IMG/VR virus record: IMGVR_UViG_3300033489_000136
Coordinates: 1-42,188 of that record
Strand: one strand, 5' to 3'
DNA length: 42,188 nt
Source: a virus
Below the pieces are notes generated by a model. That model saw only the letters and a program-made list of their open reading frames with translations, had not been told where the DNA came from and did not search any database. Shown here piece by piece: positions 1 through 8,916 of this stretch. Positions within the stretch are counted from its first letter, which is position 1, and every line of letters starts with the position of its first letter. A program made the translations under genes and the position numbers.

Positions 1-127
1 GGAACAAGAATTGGACCTTTTGTAGCATCAGTCGAGAATGGCTATGTTCGAGGAGCAGATGCTCTGTTCCGAGCAGGAGTAGAACTGGTAGTATCTCCTA
101 TTAAGGGCAGCTTCTGGCTTGCGGGTG
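1..127. repeat. Terminal direct repeat (left copy); overlap of a circular contig
   Basis: nt 1-127 match nt 42062-42188 base for base on reading. The reading frame is continuous through it. Confidence 0.9.
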
Positions 128-3100
128 CAGGCTACCAGATACCTAAGACTATCACTCAAATGAGCAGAAACTTTGCTCGTCAGGCAAGTATGAACTTTAA
201 GTCTGTGCTGGATAGAGCGTTTCCACAGGTGAAGAATTTGGTGGGCTTAACTGCTAAGGATATTAGAGACACCGCCTCCGCCTGCATAGACGCTGCTATT
301 GCTAGACCAACTGAAGGTGGAGACTTAATGGTTCGGGCAGGTAGCAATATGCTAGAGTTCGATGCTCTGGATACATTAGCTGCAAAGAAGCTACTTAAGG
401 GCATAGCAGATGACTTTGAGTTTGATGTTCCTTCCTTAGCAAGGTTGAATGATGAAGTGCTGAATATGTTCTCGGGGCAGCCTGCTAAGATGACTGCTGG
501 AAAGATTCTTGGCAACCTAGCTATTAACCAGACTGATGAAGTGGTAGAAAAGGTTGTGAAGCAACTTGCTACTTTTAAGGACGATGTTGTAGCTAAGGCG
601 AAGGCTATGTTCAGTTCTGATAAATCTGCTGACCAACTTATCGGCATGTTTGAGAAACTGTCTGAAACTAGATATGCTAACCTTGCCTCTCCGATAGCCA
701 CTCATCTGAACCAAGCAGGAATGTCAGTATCGTGGGTCAGCCGAGTGGCAGATAAGGTATTGCAGTCAACTGGGTTGGTGACTCTGGAGAGAAAAGCCAT
801 TATGCCATTTGCTCGCTGGAACTTACTGTTTATGAACTTTGGACCTATGAACTTCTTTGAGAATATGCAACGAAGTTTCCTTGGTGGTGGAGAGCTAATG
901 TACCCTAAGGCTTATGGAGGATTAGCTGAAACCAACAGGCTATTCAGAGGTCTGACCAATGCTCCTTATGAGTTGCAGATGGCAGAACGTGGAGCGCAGA
1001 GGTTGGAGATGGCTCTGGTTGACCCTAAGACTGGGGTTACTAATGCCTTCCGAGGAGGCAAGATTCCCTTTGTAACTAAGGAAGTTAACATCAGAGGTCA
1101 TGTCATTGGTAAGAAGATTAACATCCGAGGTAAGGACTTTAAGCTAACTGATTTCCAGTCCTACAACGATATGTGGGAGGAGATGACTACTCTACAAAGA
1201 GCCTATGACTACCAAGTACATTATATGAAGGCTCTGCCAGAGACTGCCTCAGAAGAGATGCGGATGATTGTAGAGGCAGTTGACAGCAGGATTAACTCCT
1301 TGAAGGGTATGAAGGGGTTAAGCAACTCCGATATTCAGGACATCCGCAGAACTGCAATATCTACATCTACTGTAGGACCTGATGAGTTTCGTCATATGGC
1401 TGACCTGGACGTACTGGAATTGCAGAAGCGTATGATTTCAAAGGAACTTGGCAAGACCTTTGACAAGTGTACCGAAGTAGCTAGCTTCTCCAAAAAGGGC
1501 ATCAGGGACGATGTACTTGATGGTAGCATCTTTAAGGATATAAAAGTTAGGATTGATGCTAGAAAGCAGGAAGCTAGAGAGATGTCATTGGCCTCTCTAG
1601 CTAACCAGATTGATGCGCTGAAGTCCGAAGCCGACAACATGATTAAGGCTTACACGAATACTGGAACACTGCTGGATGAACTTAGTCAGGATATAGCTTT
1701 GGGGACTCCTACACGTAGAGGAGTACCTGCTATGAAGTATAACGAATATCCTATTACTCTAAGTGGTAATGATGTTGGCAGTATTATGATGTATGAATCT
1801 ACAGTTAATCCTGGAGAGTTCATAGTGGATAAAATAAGTATAACTAAAGCTGGTACTCTTAACAGGCGAACATTGCAAGATATTGAACTCTTGATTCATA
1901 ATACTGCTAGGAGTAAGGGTGCTACTACAGTCACTGTTATGCCTAAGCCTAACCATAAGGCTCTGTATGAACTAGGTGGATATAGCAAGACTGCTGTAGG
2001 CTACTCTAAAGCAACCAAGAGTCCTCTATCCAGAGCACCAAAAAGTATTGATGAACTCCTCACAGATATGGATAACATCTCTGCGATGCAGAATGCCATT
2101 GATGAGAGGATTCATGACTACCGCAGATTAGTAGAACTCCGCTCTGCCAAACTGACTCCTGGTAAGGAAGTGGACGACTTCCACGTAGGCTCTAACAAAC
2201 TGATGTCCGAGTTTATGGACTCGGCTAGAGCAGATATGAACCGCATTATAGACCAGACGAATGACTTCCTATCTAGCAGACCTGTAATATATGGACCTAA
2301 GGGGGAGAAGCTACCTACTCTGCAAATTACTGATGCTCAGACTTCTGCTGCAAAGGCTATCAATGAAATCTACAGGCAGGAGACTGCCAATGTCCTGAAT
2401 ACAAGAAATAGACTGGCAGCAGTTGAGGCAAGAATTCCTAAGACTCCTCCAGCTAAAAGAAATGCCCGCTTCTGGCAGCAGCAACGGGCAGAGAAGGCTA
2501 GTATCTGGGATGAGCATGAACTTGCTGCAAGGAGACTGCATAATCTTCAGATGGACTCTAGCCGCCAGTTCCTTAGCTCTGTGGGCAAGACTCCGTTTGT
2601 CCCTGCTCAGATACCAGCAGTAACAGGCAAGCTGACTCCGAGCCATATTGCCCATCTATTTGGAGTAACAGGAGATGACACTTACAGAGGGCTAACAAGA
2701 ATTCATACTCAAGTAACTGTCAGACCAAAGGAAGAGTGGGTTGACTACGTGAAGAATCAAGCTAATGCCTATGCGCAGAAGTTTCAGAAAACTGCCATAG
2801 ATATAGGCTTTACTGACGAGGCAATAGGAGATGTCTATGACCAACTGTGGCGGAATCTTGGGATTGAGCCAAGTATATTAACTCCTGACTCTCCTACTAT
2901 GCTCCAGTTTGATGAGATAGAGGCAGAGCTAACTCGTCTTCATGCAGCAGTTAAGATGGATGAGACTGACATAGCTAAGTGGAGGCAGTTTAATCAGGGT
3001 ATGGCAGATGACTTAGAGAAGATGCCAATGTACCAGAAGGCTGCGCCTGCTATGGTAGCAGATACTCCAGAATCTATAGCAGAGCGTCTTGGCTCTAAGT

Positions 3101-6000
3101 ACAACGGTATGCAAGAAATGCCTGCTCCTGAGGCTCCTATGATGATGTTCACTGATGATGTTACTGGCTCTACATATCTTGCCAGAAACTTTGATGAAGC
3201 CCTAGAAGCTCTTACTGATATGAGAAGGAACTTTGGGGCTGCTGCTCCAGAAGTTAAGCCTCTAGCTGTTCCTGCACGAGGAGGTTCTGATGATTGGTGG
3301 GCTAAGAAAGAACTCGCCATGACTGAAGCTCGCAAGCAGCATGAACTTGCCTACCCGACCTACGATGATGCTAATATAATAGATGAGTCCATGCGAGCTA
3401 TCTTCCCGTTCTGGACATACGAGCAGTTCCGATGGAGATGGCTACCTCGAACATTCATGCGAACTCCAGGCACACTTACTAATCTTGGAAGATTTATGGA
3501 CTACTGCGTTCCTATATCCTACAGAGCCTTAACTAGAAATGGATGGAAGTACTATGATGAGCTAACTGTAGGTGAGGATGTTATGGTAGTTAATCCTGTA
3601 ACTTTAGAGTCTTACTGGAGTCCTCTAAAGGCTGTTAATGTTTTTCCTGCTAGTGATAGGAATATGGTTAGTATTCCTAAACATGGAGGTGGTATATTAT
3701 GTACTCAAGAGCACAGTTGGTTAGTTAGGAGCAAACTTGGAGATTTATCCATACGTAAGGCTAAAGATATAACTGAGCAATACTATGGTATTCCTACCGT
3801 AACAGACTTTGCATTTCCTTCTGGTAGCATCCTATCTCCTAAGGATGCGGCTACTCTAGGGTGGCTAGTAACTGACGGTAGTTATAAGCAAGGAATTATT
3901 TATCAGAAAAAAGCTGAATTTGTGTTTAATATTGAAGTAGAGTTAGGTATCACACCTACTCACTCTAATAGCAATGGGGTACTTAGCTTCTACGTACCTA
4001 AAGCAAAGTTAAGAGAGTTACTATCCATATGCCCTGATAAGACGAATCTTCCTAGCATTGTAAGTAAGCTAGATAAAGATTCGTCAGAAGCAATGTGGAA
4101 CGCTATGATGAGCGCAGAAGGAAACTCAAATGGAGCATTAGAGTTTAGGTCATTTGCTCAGAAGCCAGGACCTGTTCTTGATGCCTTCACTATGCTAAGT
4201 ATTATGTTAGGTTATAAGATATCTATTGAACATACTGACGGAACTAAAGTATGTTCAATAGTCCATATCTGGAAATATAAGAACGATAAACCTTGGAGAA
4301 GAGTTTCTACTAAGAAATATACTGATGCAGTCTGGTGTCCTACTGTAGAGACTGGTGTGTGGATTATGGATGCAGGCGGGCAAATTCTTCCTACAGGAAA
4401 CACTGATGGAGGCTATATCAATGTACCTGGTACTGACCTCCAAATCAACCCTCTCAGAGGCAGCATCTGGATGGGCGGTATGCGCCGATTCTTCCTTAAA
4501 GACTTTCCTGAGTATTATGATAAGTTTCCTGGTGCAGAGCTTATAGACTACATTGGTCGGGCAGGCTTCTATCCTGGCATACATATCACAGGTCTCCAGA
4601 CTCTCTTTGGCGCAGCTACTGGTAAGCCTGAACTCAACGAGCTAGTTCCTACCTGGATGCAGACAGGTTTATCTGCACTCCGAGCCTTATCTCCAGAACA
4701 TATGGGCAAGGTAATAGACTACATCTTCCCTGACCGCTTCCGTGACTACCAGACAATGCTAACACTCGGTGAGTGGGGCTATGATGCAGACGAAATCTGG
4801 AATAAGAAGTATCAGGGGCAGAAGCTTACTCCTGAGGAGGAGAGCCTGTGGCTAAGGGCAGAAGCCCAAGCAAATGGATTGAAAGGTATTCTCATGGAGC
4901 AGACTGGTATGTTCAGAATCCGTCCGCAAGAATACGATGATATGCAGAAGGAGATGAAACTCGCTATTCAGGATGCTACTGGTGTATCCGTAGCAACCCA
5001 GAATCGCATTGACCGCCTGTATCCTATCACTGGTAAGAGATTCTCTGACTACTATAAACTTGATGTCCTGCAAACTAAACTTCTGTATGAGTCTGAATCC
5101 TACCGCCGTTGGCAGGGAGTTACGACTCCTCTCTATCCTTCCTCTTGGCAAGCACTGGAAGTTAAGATTAAGGAGTACTGGGATACTCTGGAGAAGAACT
5201 CCACTGATGCCAGACGTAACGGAGTCTATGATGCTGAAGGGGAGTTGAAATATCCTTCTATTGTTGAAATCAACCGACAGTTTGTAACAGGCGAGATAGG
5301 TCCTGACCAATGGAAATCCTTACGGGAGAATATCATGTCAGGACTGGCGGAAGCTGCCGATGCACTGGCAAAGTCTCCTGCCTACGCTGATGTACCTAAG
5401 ACTCTAGAGGAGCGTGAGGCATGGCTAAGGGAGAAAGGTATCCTGACTCCTACCTACGGCGCAGACCAAGAACTGCTTTGGTATTACTACCAGCTTGAGC
5501 CTGAGTTAGCATACAACTGGGACTCTGACCGTATGGAACTGGATTGGGATACCTACTATGCAAAGGTTGATATGCTTATGGAGAGTCTAACTGAGCCTTA
5601 TCGCCAGCGTCTCCTTGATAGGATTCAGCTTGACTGGACTCCGATGGAAAGACTCTACTGGACTGCAAGTAGAAATTACTTTCGCCCTTACCGCAATATC
5701 CGTACAATAGTTCTAAATCAATATACTGATGAAGAGCGTGGGCAGATTCGCAGGTATGAAGTAGCCAGAGGCGAAGAGCGTGAGGCTTTGCAGGATATAA
5801 TCGGCTCTGATGGTCAGAAGCTCATAGCAGGCTTCAATGCAAGAGTTCGTGAGGCTCGGCAGAAGCTCCGCTACATTGACTCTGACCTTGATGCTTGGTC
5901 TTACTTCTTTGGCAATACTGATAGCTTCATAACTGCTATAGCGGAAGAGAAGTATAATGAACTTGTTAAGCAATATATGAATGAAAGTATGGTACAGTAA
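1..6000 (+). CDS. Giant virion-associated multidomain protein, C-terminal 1,999 codons (continuation of 40841..42188 across the circular junction); intein-containing
   Basis: Frame 1 is open from nt 1, with no stop before the listed Met at 160. It is the same frame as the ORF leaving the window at 42188 once the 127-bp overlap is removed. Stop TAA at 5998-6000. The gene lies between portal and scaffold. Confidence 0.8.
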   Translation, partial: GTRIGPFVASVENGYVRGADALFRAGVELVVSPIKGSFWLAGAGYQIPKTITQMSRNFARQASMNFKSVLDRAFPQVKNLVGLTAKDIRDTASACIDAAIARPTEGGDLMVRAGSNMLEFDALDTLAAKKLLKGIADDFEFDVPSLARLNDEVLNMFSGQPAKMTAGKILGNLAINQTDEVVEKVVKQLATFKDDVVAKAKAMFSSDKSADQLIGMFEKLSETRYANLASPIATHLNQAGMSVSWVSRVADKVLQSTGLVTLERKAIMPFARWNLLFMNFGPMNFFENMQRSFLGGGELMYPKAYGGLAETNRLFRGLTNAPYELQMAERGAQRLEMALVDPKTGVTNAFRGGKIPFVTKEVNIRGHVIGKKINIRGKDFKLTDFQSYNDMWEEMTTLQRAYDYQVHYMKALPETASEEMRMIVEAVDSRINSLKGMKGLSNSDIQDIRRTAISTSTVGPDEFRHMADLDVLELQKRMISKELGKTFDKCTEVASFSKKGIRDDVLDGSIFKDIKVRIDARKQEAREMSLASLANQIDALKSEADNMIKAYTNTGTLLDELSQDIALGTPTRRGVPAMKYNEYPITLSGNDVGSIMMYESTVNPGEFIVDKISITKAGTLNRRTLQDIELLIHNTARSKGATTVTVMPKPNHKALYELGGYSKTAVGYSKATKSPLSRAPKSIDELLTDMDNISAMQNAIDERIHDYRRLVELRSAKLTPGKEVDDFHVGSNKLMSEFMDSARADMNRIIDQTNDFLSSRPVIYGPKGEKLPTLQITDAQTSAAKAINEIYRQETANVLNTRNRLAAVEARIPKTPPAKRNARFWQQQRAEKASIWDEHELAARRLHNLQMDSSRQFLSSVGKTPFVPAQIPAVTGKLTPSHIAHLFGVTGDDTYRGLTRIHTQVTVRPKEEWVDYVKNQANAYAQKFQKTAIDIGFTDEAIGDVYDQLWRNLGIEPSILTPDSPTMLQFDEIEAELTRLHAAVKMDETDIAKWRQFNQGMADDLEKMPMYQKAAPAMVADTPESIAERLGSKYNGMQEMPAPEAPMMMFTDDVTGSTYLARNFDEALEALTDMRRNFGAAAPEVKPLAVPARGGSDDWWAKKELAMTEARKQHELAYPTYDDANIIDESMRAIFPFWTYEQFRWRWLPRTFMRTPGTLTNLGRFMDYCVPISYRALTRNGWKYYDELTVGEDVMVVNPVTLESYWSPLKAVNVFPASDRNMVSIPKHGGGILCTQEHSWLVRSKLGDLSIRKAKDITEQYYGIPTVTDFAFPSGSILSPKDAATLGWLVTDGSYKQGIIYQKKAEFVFNIEVELGITPTHSNSNGVLSFYVPKAKLRELLSICPDKTNLPSIVSKLDKDSSEAMWNAMMSAEGNSNGALEFRSFAQKPGPVLDAFTMLSIMLGYKISIEHTDGTKVCSIVHIWKYKNDKPWRRVSTKKYTDAVWCPTVETGVWIMDAGGQILPTGNTDGGYINVPGTDLQINPLRGSIWMGGMRRFFLKDFPEYYDKFPGAELIDYIGRAGFYPGIHITGLQTLFGAATGKPELNELVPTWMQTGLSALRALSPEHMGKVIDYIFPDRFRDYQTMLTLGEWGYDADEIWNKKYQGQKLTPEEESLWLRAEAQANGLKGILMEQTGMFRIRPQEYDDMQKEMKLAIQDATGVSVATQNRIDRLYPITGKRFSDYYKLDVLQTKLLYESESYRRWQGVTTPLYPSSWQALEVKIKEYWDTLEKNSTDARRNGVYDAEGELKYPSIVEINRQFVTGEIGPDQWKSLRENIMSGLAEAADALAKSPAYADVPKTLEEREAWLREKGILTPTYGADQELLWYYYQLEPELAYNWDSDRMELDWDTYYAKVDMLMESLTEPYRQRLLDRIQLDWTPMERLYWTASRNYFRPYRNIRTIVLNQYTDEERGQIRRYEVARGEEREALQDIIGSDGQKLIAGFNARVREARQKLRYIDSDLDAWSYFFGNTDSFITAIAEEKYNELVKQYMNESMVQ
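3505..4401 (+). mobile_element. Intein (299 aa) with LAGLIDADG-type homing endonuclease domain, inserted in the giant protein
   Basis: Starts with Cys (..FMDY/CVPISYRALT). Block B TxxH is present (ILCTQEHSW). LAGLIDADG-like motifs are LGWLVTDGSY and WNAMMSAEGN. Block F-like VWCPTVETGVWIMDAGG. Ends ..ILPTGN followed by +1 Thr (TDGGY). The segment is visibly more AT-rich than the flanking extein. Confidence 0.8.
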
Positions 6001-6015
6001 AGGAGGGAAGTAAAT

Positions 6016-6049
6016 GTATATTAAATAACCACAAGTTTATTAAATATAC
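6016..6049. promoter_or_regulatory. Imperfect 13-bp inverted repeat abutting the -35 of the capsid-operon promoter (operator or weak terminator)
   Basis: GTATATTAAATAA (6016-6028) and TTATTAAATATAC (6037-6049) are complementary at 12 of 13 positions, with an 8-nt loop. The repeat ends 2 nt before TTGACA at 6052. Confidence 0.35.
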
Positions 6050-6051
6050 TA

Positions 6052-6080
6052 TTGACAACCATGTTTCATTATGGTACAAT
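6052..6080 (+). promoter_or_regulatory. sigma70-type promoter for the scaffold/capsid operon
   Basis: TTGACA (6052-6057), 17-nt spacer, TGgTACAAT with an extended -10 (hexamer 6075-6080). It lies 26 nt upstream of the ATG at 6106. Confidence 0.7.
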
Positions 6081-6105
6081 TAGAGTATGAGGAGGGAATC
6101 ACACC

Positions 6106-6771
6106 ATGCCAGAGAAGAATCAACAGGATGCTCCTAACAGTAATGACCAGAATCCAGCACAGCCTCCACCTGCCAAAGCCGAACCTAAGGTAGAAGTTAA
6201 AGATGGTAAGGTACTGGTAGATGGTAAGAGCTATGTTAAGGAATCTGACCTCATGGCTGCGAAGGAGAGTTTGACTAAGCAACTGGAAACTGCCCAGCAG
6301 ACCCACAACTCAGCGATAGATTCTCTAAAGCTGGAAGTGTCTGCTGCTCAGACTGAAGTTGCTAAGGCAAACGCTGCTCTTGAAGAGGCAAAAAAAGCCC
6401 GTACTTCGGGTGACATCTCCGCAGAGGACTTGTCGAAAGCAAAGCAGGAAGCAGAAACTGCTAAGACAGAACTTACTAAAGCTCAGACTGCCAACCTTGA
6501 CTATCGGCGGAAGTACATCCTCATCGCCTATAATATTCCGCCTAACTCTGATGTTGGTAAGTCCTTAGCAGACAAGACACCTGCTCAACTGGACGCTTTA
6601 GAGGAAGCACTCAAGGCGTTGCAGGTAAAAGGCTCAGGACCTGGTAACTATGCTGTCGGAGGCGGTGGAAGCGGAACAACTCCTCCAACTGCTATGGACA
6701 GAGCAAGGGACATCCTTAGCAAGACTCCCTACCGAGGAACCAGAAATGAAGCTCCTAATCCTGCAAAATAA
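6106..6771 (+). CDS. Scaffolding protein (putative)
   Basis: 221 aa, Ala/Glu/Lys-rich with coiled-coil character and Pro/Gly-rich ends. It sits immediately upstream of the major capsid gene. RBS GAGGAGGG. Confidence 0.6.
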   Translation: MPEKNQQDAPNSNDQNPAQPPPAKAEPKVEVKDGKVLVDGKSYVKESDLMAAKESLTKQLETAQQTHNSAIDSLKLEVSAAQTEVAKANAALEEAKKARTSGDISAEDLSKAKQEAETAKTELTKAQTANLDYRRKYILIAYNIPPNSDVGKSLADKTPAQLDALEEALKALQVKGSGPGNYAVGGGGSGTTPPTAMDRARDILSKTPYRGTRNEAPNPAK

Positions 6772-6795
6772 GTAAATAAAAGAAGGAGAAATAAT

Positions 6796-7875
6796 ATGGC
6801 GGATTCTGGTGGGCACTGGAAAACACTTGCCGAAGCCCAGAAACTCACTCAGTCCCTTAAAATTCCTGGAGTCTTCGAGGAAGATATCAAGCGCAACAAC
6901 CCGATTGAAAGGATAACAGTCGGGCAGGCTGCGAAGACGGGACTGAAAGTAGAGTGGCTTCGGGAGAAGACTACAACCGAAGATGCCGTAGCCGAAACTG
7001 ACATCGGCGACCAGCTTTCCTGGTCTGATGATGTGGAGTATGAAGAGAAAGAAATGACTCTTCGCAGACTCTATATCCAGCGCAAGCTGGACAAGTATGT
7101 GGAAGGCATCTACGGCAATATCAATAACTATGAGGCGAGAGTTCTGCTCGAGTCTGAGAAAGGTCTTAAGCGGAAACTCGGCGCAAGGCTTATCTATGCC
7201 GATACAACCTATGGAGGAACTCCAACCCAGTTCGATGGCTATCATGCTCTGGCAGCAGAGCATGGCACTCCTTATACTGCTGGCTCTGCCTACGACCCGA
7301 AGAATATTGATGGTGGAGAAGCAGGTCTATCTCTGAATCTACTCCGTGAACTCCTTGACGAAATGAAGCATGGAGTGGATGAGATTCTTGCCCCTTACCA
7401 GATTATTCGGCGCATGGACGCAGCCTATCAGGAGAAGGGCTTTGCTGGTCTCGCCTACAATGTGGCAGGCAACCTTGCCTTCCTGACAATGGGCTACAAT
7501 GAACTGGGCAAGAGGGTGCTGTTCTGGGATGGTGCTCCCATCATCCGCACTGACTACCTCGTAGCCGAGCAAGCGAACACTGGCACTGGTGCCTCGTCCG
7601 ATGCCAGAGCACTGCATACCAGTGGGGATAAGCAGTACTCCATCTTCGCCGTCAAGTACGGCATGGTGATGAATGGAGAGGAAAATCCTGGACTCCAGTT
7701 TGCCTATGGCGGAACTGAAGGACAGGGCGACTTGTACAAACTTGTCCGCTTCCCCGAACTGGAAGACTACGATGCAGGCGGTATCCGTCTGGTTACCTAC
7801 GGCGGAGTCCTACTCGGCTCAAGCCTGTGCTTGGGCAGAATCTACGACATCGAAGATGTAGCAATCACTGTATAG
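6796..7875 (+). CDS. Major capsid protein (HK97-fold-like, putative)
   Basis: 359 aa, directly after the scaffold gene. RBS AAGGAG. Size and sequence character are typical of HK97-like capsid proteins. The call rests on position plus pattern, with no search. Confidence 0.65.
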   Translation: MADSGGHWKTLAEAQKLTQSLKIPGVFEEDIKRNNPIERITVGQAAKTGLKVEWLREKTTTEDAVAETDIGDQLSWSDDVEYEEKEMTLRRLYIQRKLDKYVEGIYGNINNYEARVLLESEKGLKRKLGARLIYADTTYGGTPTQFDGYHALAAEHGTPYTAGSAYDPKNIDGGEAGLSLNLLRELLDEMKHGVDEILAPYQIIRRMDAAYQEKGFAGLAYNVAGNLAFLTMGYNELGKRVLFWDGAPIIRTDYLVAEQANTGTGASSDARALHTSGDKQYSIFAVKYGMVMNGEENPGLQFAYGGTEGQGDLYKLVRFPELEDYDAGGIRLVTYGGVLLGSSLCLGRIYDIEDVAITV

Positions 7876-7922
7876 CAGTCACAGAAACCCATAAAAATAA
7901 ATAAAAGGAAGGTTGAACAAAA

Positions 7923-8753
7923 ATGACTGTAGAACAAGAAATGGTAAGAGCTAACTACTCTCTCCGTAACAACAACGGCTTCATATTCCTGCCTAACTGG
8001 ATAAAGAAAGATATGTTGGACCTCCATGTTCCTGACCAGACTGAACTCTTTACCCAGTCTGTAAGCCAGCGGTATCCTATTGCTACCAAGGTAGTCAACC
8101 ATGATGGTATATGGAGATACTGCCTGGCGGGTGCTGCTATGACTCAGGTTGGCTTCCTGAAAGGCAACTACATCCAGGTGCCAGGTAAGGCTGGTAACTC
8201 CGTAAGCTGTGGCTTCGAGGGCGCACCTTACGCAGCAGTAGCGGCAGGCGCCACGATGATTTCTATTGCGGACACTGCTGCAACCAAGAATCTCTATGAA
8301 GGCGCCCTGCTTGTAGTCTACAACGACACTAACTCCGACTACGAGCAACATAGAATCATCGGCAACGATGCCACAGATGCTACCTCCACTAAACTCTACA
8401 TTGCGCCTCCTGGCTTCAAGAGAGCACTGACTACTGCTATGGGTATCACCGTCTACCTGAATGAGTACTCAGGAATAAAGACTCTGACAGGCGGATATAT
8501 GTCTGCTCTGGGCTATGCCAGAATCCCTGTTACCAGTGCCTACTACTTCTGGCTATTCACCGCAGGCAGAATCTCAGGCATTACAGGTGCTTCAACATGG
8601 CCTGGTCAAACGCAGTACTACCGTGATGTCTATGCCAACACTGATGGCTCACTTATCGGTTATACTGCGGGCTACCAGAGAATTGGCTACCTTCTGGGGC
8701 GCACTGCCTCTGACTACGGTGATAATGCCATCATGCTTCAACTTGACCAGTAA
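7923..8753 (+). CDS. Capsid-associated protein (auxiliary/decoration, putative)
   Basis: 276 aa ORF directly downstream of the capsid gene, in the same operon and before the strong hairpin at 8917. Confidence 0.4.
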   Translation: MTVEQEMVRANYSLRNNNGFIFLPNWIKKDMLDLHVPDQTELFTQSVSQRYPIATKVVNHDGIWRYCLAGAAMTQVGFLKGNYIQVPGKAGNSVSCGFEGAPYAAVAAGATMISIADTAATKNLYEGALLVVYNDTNSDYEQHRIIGNDATDATSTKLYIAPPGFKRALTTAMGITVYLNEYSGIKTLTGGYMSALGYARIPVTSAYYFWLFTAGRISGITGASTWPGQTQYYRDVYANTDGSLIGYTAGYQRIGYLLGRTASDYGDNAIMLQLDQ

Positions 8754-8783
8754 GCAGTAAGAATAAGTTTTAAGGAGGATTGT

Positions 8784-8897
8784 ATGGACCTTGAAAAGTT
8801 GAAGGAAATCGCAAAAGAACTCGGTGTGCCAGTGGAAACACTGACTAAGCAGAATAAGCGCCTGCTTGATGAGTACCTGGCTGCACATCCCGAATAG
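8784..8897 (+). CDS. Small HeH/Rho_N-like protein (37 aa)
   Basis: ATG 8784 preceded by AAGGAGG. Sequence MDLEKLKEIAKELGVPVETLTKQNKRLLDEYLAAHPE has the L..LKEIAKELGV helix-extended-helix pattern. Too short for the ORF track. Confidence 0.5.
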   Translation: MDLEKLKEIAKELGVPVETLTKQNKRLLDEYLAAHPE

Positions 8898-8916
8898 GCT
8901 AATTAGCAGTTGGCAT

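Noticed and set aside
180-701. Long antisense or alternative-frame ORFs inside large genes. Examples are 180..701(-), 2994..3335(-), 4852..5310(-), 6634..7263(-), 7842..8351(-), 16794..17240(-), 21390..22094(+), 23597..23914(+), 37125..37442(-), 39659..40003(-) and 41347..41709(-).
   Set aside because: They lie fully within better-supported genes on the other strand or frame and lack ribosome-binding sites. Their Ser/Leu/Cys-rich composition is typical of antisense translation.
5878-5892. DSDLD (DxDxD) motif near the C-terminus of the giant protein, as a hint of a virion RNA polymerase.
   Set aside because: A short acidic motif this close to the end of a 2,400-aa protein is expected by chance. 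No flanking double-psi beta-barrel or T7-like polymerase motifs are recognisable by eye.
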